From: Bugula neritina
Lineage: Eukaryota > Animalia > Bryozoa
Assembly (NCBI GenBank): GCA_964035545.1
Contig: OZ037765.1
Coordinates: forward strand, 16,740,995-16,804,994
Reading direction: 5' to 3'
Length of the DNA stretch: 64,000 nt
The translations under genes were made by a program, and so were the position numbers. Of the stretch, positions 56,301 through 64,000 are shown piece by piece; positions within the stretch are counted from its first letter, which is position 1, and every line of letters starts with the position of its first letter. A model generated the notes under the pieces. That model had not been told where the DNA came from and ran no database searches. It was given only the letters and a program-made list of their open reading frames with translations.

Positions 56301-59300
56301 GCTGTAATAGATTTACAATCACATTTAACATGAGTGGTATGTTGAAGTATAGCCTTATAAGAGTACTAGCACAGGCAATGTCAGTAGTAATATATATAAA
56401 CATATATAATTCCTTTCAAAAACGTTTATACACAAAATTCTAAAAATAAAAGTTGATATTTTAAAGGTTTTTTTTCAGTTTGCAATTTAAACATTTTCAA
56501 ACACTCTAGCTTTTTTGTCAGTCAGCATGTTGTCACTAGCCTATAGTACTCAGTTTATTACTTACCCAGTCTCAGTAGATAGTTGAATAAAAACAGTTGT
56601 TTAATAAATGATGGGACTGCAGCATAGAAGGATTTGAAAATATGAAGAAATTGTATCTAGATATAAGTAAACTGGTGAAATAGTTTAAACTGAATGCATA
56701 TCAGTTATGAAGCCTTCTGAAAGATAATATGAATACTTAGTTACTAGAGCATGCTAACACAACAACTAACATATGACTGCACTATTAATAACATACATAC
56801 CTAGCAAGATGTTTTCTAGGTTTAACCAAATTTTATTAGTTACGGAGACAGTAAAGGACACATTAACTTACATCAAGGCTGATGATTTTTGTCCATAGTG
56901 TACTCTGACAGACAATTCACTGTTCTGATATGATGCTTTGTAGTAATGCACACAATGTCCAGACAAGCTAACACAAGTTTTCAAGCTTTGCAAAACAGGC
57001 ATCTTGAAGATTTGAAGAATTCCAATACTGTTCTAGCAGAGACCAGAGTTATTGGTCAAGACTCAAAAGAAACACAGCCGAAGGTATTTGCATACTTCAC
57101 TGCTACTACTTTTATAATTTACTCGTTTGTTTCTTTTTCTTTACCTCTTAGATGTAAAGTATAAATATTGGCTCTGTAGTTGTATTGGTAAATGTAGTTA
57201 TGGTGATAAAAATAATAACATATTATTAACAGTAGGTTGTATCAAGTTAGCAGAAGAATTTAGAAGGGGTCCAATATCAAACATTTATTTGGGGGTTTAA
57301 AAATTGGTCGACATAAATTCCATGAAGACGTGAGTCCAATACAAAAAAGCAATACCATAATTTCGATTACATGGTGATGGAATGCACTAGTTGCAGAGTT
57401 GGTGCATTATTAGGATAATTATAACAGAACCACTATAGTGCTGAACCAATTATCTCACTGCTGAGTATATATCCAGTGATGTTTGCTTCCTTATTAACAA
57501 CAGGAGCTCTAGTATGTAGAAACAAAGAACAGCAGTTTGTATTAAAGGGGGTTACACAGCAATCTGTTAAAATGTTGATTCTTTATAAAAATAAATTCAT
57601 TTGTAACATTTCTCATCTAAAACACAGCGTTTCTGAAAATCTCAATACTGCACTCAAAAACTGAATGGAGTTATTCATTATATGCCAGAACATTAAAGCT
57701 GTGACCCTTTAAACAAATTTACTATTACTTCTTCTTAACACATAGTTTTGCCCAAGATTCTTATCTGCAGTAAAATAGTGAGTCGATTAATTCTGAGTCA
57801 GCATTAACGTATTGTGTCACCAATAATCAGTTTGATGTTACTTGTGCAGCTTTAACTGATTGTGATGGTGCCTCTATTAAATAAAACATATTCAAAAATA
57901 TACTCTATAGTTTTGTGATTTGTTGTATGGTGGGTAAATGGTATCAAATTACGATGTTTTTATCACAACCCTTCATCAGTTATATTTATAAACGCACACA
58001 CTAAACTCAGTCTGCATATAGTAACTATTGCAGAATATAGGCTTAAAAGAGTATCAGTATCACATGAAACTTGGGAGTTTTCCAACATAACATCTCCTAA
58101 ATTCAAAATAATTATGCAATCCTTGTAGATACAAAGGTAGAGAAAAATTATGCATTGAGTTATAACTTGATTCTAATATATTTTTTTATAGATATTCCAT
58201 AGAATGCATTTCATATATTACATGCACCTGGCTTACGAGGTTCTTTATGGTCAATATAACGTACTCTAGTCTTATTTCCTTTATAATTGCTATTTCTAGT
58301 CAATATAATTTCAAATAATTATTTGACTATGGCAAAGGTGTGGTTTATATTTGCAGGTGAATAACGTGGTAAATTTGCCTAATAAGTCTGTCACCACTAA
58401 ATTGAAAAGTTTTGTGGCTATACCAGTGAGAGCGGCTGGGCCAAACTATGATAAGCAAAAGAAATTACACAACAGGGCGGTGAATGCTGCAACTTCTGAA
58501 ATAAATTCTACAAAATTTTCTGCGCCTAAAGCAGCCTTGAAGTTAGTTAAAAGGAGGTCGTCTGGCTCTGGTAAAAAAGCACCGTCAAGGCATTCAGGTA
58601 TTTAGAATACATCTTGTATAAAGTTTGTACAATATTGTAATGTAAATTTAGCCATTAATTAGCATTTAGGTTTAAAAGCAATGTTTAATAATTAAATTAG
58701 GAAATCAAAAAATCAATGAATTCATTAATTTTTTTACCTACTCATATAGTATGCAAGCTGTCATAATTTATAAGGACTGACAATGTATTTAGTTCAACAA
58801 ACATGTATAAGCTTAGCCCATTGCTAGCCAGTTGCAGTTTTTATATATACCAGCTTTTCAAGAGTTTCACTTGTTTTTTAGTTCCAAACTGTCTTAAAGA
58901 GCTTTAATAGGAAAAAAAATTCACCAAGGAAAAATAATAGCACTAACACACATAAATGCTCACATAGATTAGAGAGGCTTAGATGTGTTTTTTTTGTGAT
59001 TTGTAGACGCGACAAATCGAACCGCTAACAATGCTTCTCCATCACAAACCCACAAGCCTACTTTATTAGCCAAGAAAGAGTAAGTTCCTCACTAAATAAT
59101 ATAAAACCTTTGCCCCCACTGAGATTCGAACCCGAGACCTCAGGCTTGCAAGCAGGTGCCCTACCATTACACCACAGGGTCTACTGGTTAAACTCAACAC
59201 CACACATGCCCTTTACAGGAGAATATGACTTCAATTTCTTGTCAGTAGAAATCTTATAAGTTGCATACATAAGAAATTTATCATTTCCTGCTCTTAGGTT

Positions 59301-60454
59301 ATAAATCTATTGCAGTTCTATTCAATTTGCATCAACTTGTGAAGTATTTTTAAATATTTGAATCAATACACTTATCCTGGTCAGGAAAAGACCTAAATTG
59401 TAGTTGAATTGGTATACAATTTTGTGATTTAAGATGGTCTAACTTTGAAACCAGAGGTCTGAAACACTTGGAAACAAATAAATATAAGTATCTCTCTTCT
59501 TTTGGATTTTTACTCTAATTTGTTATTTTGCTTACAGAAATAATGTGGATGAACAGAATATGAAACTGCAGCTGAAGAAGACAGAGGTAACAACTCCAGC
59601 TTTTCATAATGTTTTACTTTTAGTTGCTTATCGTTAAAAAGGAGCCTTTGAATAAACTCTGTCGTCCATCATGCGCTTTAAATATGAAAATTTTGGGATG
59701 AATAAAAAAGTATTAAATTCAACTGCGTAACTGTTTTGTGAGATAATTTTTCATAGCAATATAATACTCTGGTTTTCTTCTATACTTTTTTAGTTATGAA
59801 TCAAACAATTTGTTGGTTATATGCTAATACTTTGCATAAAATATAGGTACTGTTACATCCAAGTATCAAGTTATTAATAGGCTGAGTTTCAAATGTTTTT
59901 TTACATGGTCCAATTTGAATAGGTTAGCCACTGACTTGGCCTAGCTCTGCCACCGAGACATTAATTGTTCATATTTTGTACATTGAAACAGGGGTGTCCA
60001 CATAGAGGCCCCAAGGTTTTATTGTCAGTGATTAGCCTTGAGTAAACATTTTAGATGCAACTGTAAATTACTTTGCAATGGTAAATAGCAAAATGCTGAC
60101 ATCATATTTTATATTATGATCAGGCTTTTGGTCAGGCCTCTCTATTTTCGTATGCTAACCAATTAGCTGTTTCTCTAGCCATTTCTAACTAATTTTTGTT
60201 AGGATGTAACTTGTAAGGCTCTCCATATTGGCATATTCACTGTTTATACACCTCAAACCTATTTTATGTGAATTCAAGTAAATTTATTTATTGAGAAAAG
60301 CCAGAAAATGTATTATGTAGTTTTTAGTTTATGCAATATAAATTAATATAATTTTAGAAAAATATAATTTTTGCAGATGGATGAATTTGAAAAAGAGCTC
60401 AACAGTCGAATGTCTCGGTTGAAACATTCAGAAGCCTACTGGGTAGAGTTATAG
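47348..60454 (+). CDS. AGBL5: Cytosolic carboxypeptidase-like protein 5 (tubulin deglutamylase, M14 family)
   Basis: Exons 47348-47468, 48034-48162, 49031-49121, 49283-49454, 49609-49772, 50049-50229, 50538-51132, 51672-51829, 52819-52988, 53332-53461, 54014-54204, 54701-54927, 55286-55402, 56944-57083, 58357-58597, 59007-59079, 59538-59586, 60377-60454 (TAG). Motifs [65 protein letters not shown]. The first exon and the low-complexity C-terminal exons are less certain. Confidence 0.94.
49820..49868. repeat. 13-bp tandem repeat (tattgtgtcgtac-like), about 4 copies
   Basis: Seen directly in an AGBL5 intron. Confidence 0.7.
52423..52464. repeat. Perfect 17-bp inverted repeat with an 8-nt loop
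   Basis: ctgggtttttctatata-aggtataa-tatatagaaaaacccag. Confidence 0.9.
53682..53873 (-). mobile_element. tRNA-derived SINE (slightly 5'-truncated) with an 18-bp target-site duplication
   Basis: Direct repeat caacctttgtcagtcata at 53664-53681 and 53874-53891. The minus strand starts GTGGTTAAAGC (A-box remnant) and has GGTTTGATCTCC (B-box-like). Confidence 0.8.
59111..59181 (-). pseudogene. tRNA-like sequence (tRNA pseudogene or SINE head; TGC/Ala-like anticodon position)
   Basis: Minus strand GACCCTGTGGTGTAATGGTAGGGCACCTGCTTGCAAGCCTGAGGTCTCGGGTTCGAATCTCAGTGGGGGCA. A and B boxes are good, but the acceptor, anticodon and T stems are mismatched. Confidence 0.75.
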
Positions 60455-60898
60455 GACTTCATAGATGTTGAATAGCAGACCATGCATATATGAATATACC
60501 AATGTTGCAAGCCATGTTCAACTATTTGCTCAACCTTTTACTTATGTCTGATGTGTTTTTTATATTCCCACCACAAAATATTACCTAGGGTCTAGGGATA
60601 AGCTAGAATGGCTCTAAAATGTAGATTGCACTTTCAAACTTAGCTTTTTAATATTTAGTTTTTGAAGATTGCTTTTGTTTAAAAGTTTTGAAATAAAAGG
60701 ACAATTTAAACAGTAAGCAGGCTGAAAACTATATCAGTAGACACATTATGATATGTGTAACCACTCATATGTTGCATTTATATTTAGTTAATGCAACCTG
60801 CTAATATCTAGTGCTTATTACGTGCTAAGAAGCATAAGTTCCCGATGCTATATTGGGTTCCCATTTTGTGCGAAAGTAGCTGTAAACATGGGTGTCCA

Positions 60899-61124
60899 GT
60901 AAAAATGGCACAGGTAATAATAGCATAAATGGAAAAGTAGGTGAAACTGGCATATTTTCAAGATTGGGACTTGGGTTTAGGTTTGGAGATGGGGGTTTGA
61001 GTTTGGGAGTTTGAAATGGGGGTTCGAGTTTGAAAAAAATGCGCTAGTTGTACCTACTTTTCCATTTGTGCCATTATTACCTGTGCCATTATTACCTGTG
61101 CCATTATCAACATGCCATTTTTAC
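60899..61124. mobile_element. Non-autonomous foldback/MITE-like element
   Basis: Long imperfect inverted arms (gtaaaaatggcacaggtaataatagcataaatggaaaagtaggt / acctacttttccatttgtgccattattacctgtgcc...tgccatttttac) built from ~15-bp subrepeats, around a G/T-rich core. Confidence 0.8.
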
Positions 61125-61408
61125 CTAAAATCGTAAATATGGCAACTTATCTATATGTAGCCTTTTACAAGGCAGTATATATCAGTGTGTGAATTTTGCC
61201 AAGTTTTAAGCATAGTTTAAATCTTAATCCATTGGGTGCTGACTTATTGTAAATATATGTGTTGTGGATGCATTTCATTTCTGTAGAGACATTTACATTA
61301 TATTATTTTACATGGTATATAATCAATACAACCATATCTATTATAAAGATAATATTAAGGTGTAAATTCTATATTTTTAAATATGTAGCCAGTACATATA
61401 AACAGCAG

Positions 61409-63957
61409 TCATACACTAATAGTCCTAAATATGTTGAAGCCACTATGTGCAGTGCTAATCATAACACCTGGGCATTGTTTGTGCCAGTGTATTTCTTTAA
61501 TGTCATTCTGTCCTTGATGTATAAATAGTAACTGAGGTGGTACATCCAGGTTTTCTTCTTGGCTGTCTTCATCTTTTTCAACCTGAATCACAATATCACT
61601 ACATGCTATTCAGAGAGCGGACAAATTACCTCCCATCAGTACTTATTAGCCAGGATTATGCAGCCCAATAAAATACACATATAATTTACATATCAACAAT
61701 TATTTATACATGCTTATTTTGCATTGGGTCTAAGTTTAGGTCTAAATCTGCTGAACATTTAGTTGCACGCAAAAGTAGTGAGTCACTTACTGCCAAGTCC
61801 CACAGAGTAATCTGGTGATCAGCTCCAGAAGCAGCAAACACTGAACCATCACTTGGATGCCATTCCACTGATGTAATGGCAGAAGTGTGGTGCTTGAACA
61901 TTGCCAGTGGCTTACTATTCTGTAACAGAGCCATCATATTGCGTAAACTATACACTTTTTGAATGGATAAGAGCAAAGTTCTAGTCTAACCACTACTTTC
62001 TTTCTGGATATGAGTAATTTCTTATCTGCTACACAACAACCAAGCAAAAAGAAACCAATTATGATGAAAACTGAATAGACACACCATGCTAGAATATTAA
62101 CCAAAGAATATTCTTTGAAAATCACTCAATTGAAGTTATTCTCTGCCATTGTGAGTGAGCACATAAATATAAATTTAGCCAGATTAACACAACATCTAAA
62201 ATAGTAGGTGGTTAATGAAAACTCGATGAATATGGAAACAAAAAGTTTAGCTCCTAAAGTGCCCACAAGTCAACATAATGCAAATAGGAGATAGGCATAA
62301 GCCAGCAATTCACCTTGAATTGTCTCAGATCCCATATTTTAATCAGACCATCATCTCCGCCACTAACTATAAATGGTTCATTAGCATTCCAACTAATAAC
62401 GTTAATGTCTCTATTATGAGCTTCCTCGCACGTAAGCATACATGCTTTTGATGGGGTTGCCCTTGTGTCCCATATTCTTATACTTTTGTCCACAGAACAA
62501 GATGCAAACACCTAGCAACATATAAATAGCCGTACACTCACAGATAAAGTCCAAAACATATTTTTCGTTATTACCTACAATATAGGCTGACTAATTACAA
62601 TCTAAAGTTTACATTTATAAAATTGTATATAATCTCAGATGAAGGCAAGTGTACTTACAGTTGGTTCATTTGGTGACCACTGAATGTCCTCCACAGACGC
62701 TGTGTGGCCTGTATAAGGTCGCTGATCAACACTCCAACTAGACGAGTCTTGTGGCTTCCACAGGTGTATATTCTTATTACAATCACCAGTCAGTAGCTGA
62801 CCTATAATGAGACAACTTCCCTAATAATCACAGCGAGCAACAGAAAGAAAAGGGGGGGGGGGGTCTGAAAGTAAAAGATAAAAAAATTATTTTTAACATT
62901 ATCTTTGACTACAGGTAAAATTTAAAATCATGGTGTGCAAGTTTAGGGTATAAAGTGGTTGCTTGAAGAGTTAAGGATGAACAATGAATAACATTTACCT
63001 GAAACTAACGGGCACCAGTCCATAGCAAAACCCTCCACTCCATGCCCGCTGAATGAAAATAATGGCTGTATGCTTTGTGTTTTACTAGTTTTATGATATT
63101 CAGCTAGAGCTTTGGGATCATTCACAACATCCAATGGTGTTGACAAGTCCCACACATACACGACTCCTCGTTCACACCAACTCGCTGCAACCGTCTTTCC
63201 ACCAATTTGACAAGCCTACCACATGCACATTTGAGACCATCAATATCAACAAGTTTAGGGTTGACACTAGTAAATCTCTTAACTCAAATAAAAAAGGGCT
63301 AGATACCTAAAGAACTACCAATACACACTTGTGCCCACACCTATACAAAAATAGCACAAACTCTGGGCGAGATCATCATGGTGTAATGAGTATGAGAACT
63401 GGGAAGTAATAAATTCCGCTTAGCATGAACATAGCACTGCTCTCAGAAGTCAAATAAATAAATATTTAATTCGCAACTTTAATACTTACAACTTTTTATT
63501 TATTAAATACTGCAATATTGAAAAACTGAAACTATAACATATCTCCACTACGTAACCCTGCAATATTGCATGTATAGAGAAACGTTGCAGATTTTATATA
63601 AAAACTGCACTACCTGTATATGAAAGCTTGTGATACTTCCAATAATGTAATCAAAACTTTGATTGGAGAGCATAACATACACCAAGTTAACTCAATCATG
63701 ATTGGATGGTACTAATAATGTGAAGGGAAATTTGGCTAGCATTATTATTCATTAGTTGCCATAATTTATGTTAAAATTTTTCTACATGTGGGTTATTGGA
63801 GAAGATTAATACAAGGCACCCTACCCTAATTCTGTTTACTGCTCCTAGAGGATGCTTAATTGGTGCAGCAGACAAGACTGGTAATTGAGAGTTGTCTTCT
63901 TCATTGTCACTTTCATCATCACTTCCTCCACTCTCCTCATTTGACTTCTCCTTGAAC
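61409..63957 (-). CDS. GRWD1: Glutamate-rich WD repeat protein 1 (Rrb1 orthologue), 3' part; the 5' end runs off the window
   Basis: Exons (-): 63957-63825, 63215-62999, 62801-62659, 62511-62314, 61919-61791, 61582-61409. Motifs acidic tract then [67 protein letters not shown]. Confidence 0.96.
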
Positions 63958-64000
63958 CTACGAACATGTAAAAATACAACTTATAGAAATCAAATTAAAT

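Overview
AT-rich, intron-containing animal (invertebrate-like) genomic DNA, not prokaryotic; the species cannot be determined from the sequence. I rebuilt eight spliced genes by hand from GT-AG boundaries and exon phase, and their strands alternate strictly: 3' part of GPI (+), GPAA1 (-), CFAP57/WDR65 (+), an uncharacterised charged protein (-), a C8orf88-like protein with a candidate eIF4E-binding motif (+), RPRD1A/B (-), AGBL5/CCP5 (+) and the 3' part of GRWD1 (-). Non-coding features include two decayed LINE fragments, a tRNA-derived SINE with an 18-bp target-site duplication, a tRNA-like pseudogene, a foldback/MITE element and several micro- and minisatellites. The most interesting observations are: (1) degenerate (ATASTN)n hexamer tracts that I saw only beside the CpG-retaining divergent promoter regions; (2) a YxxxxL-phi (4E-BP-type) motif in an exon the ORF track misses; (3) two back-to-back AT-rich palindromes at the truncated end of a LINE. 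Gene names come from recalled family motifs, not database searches.
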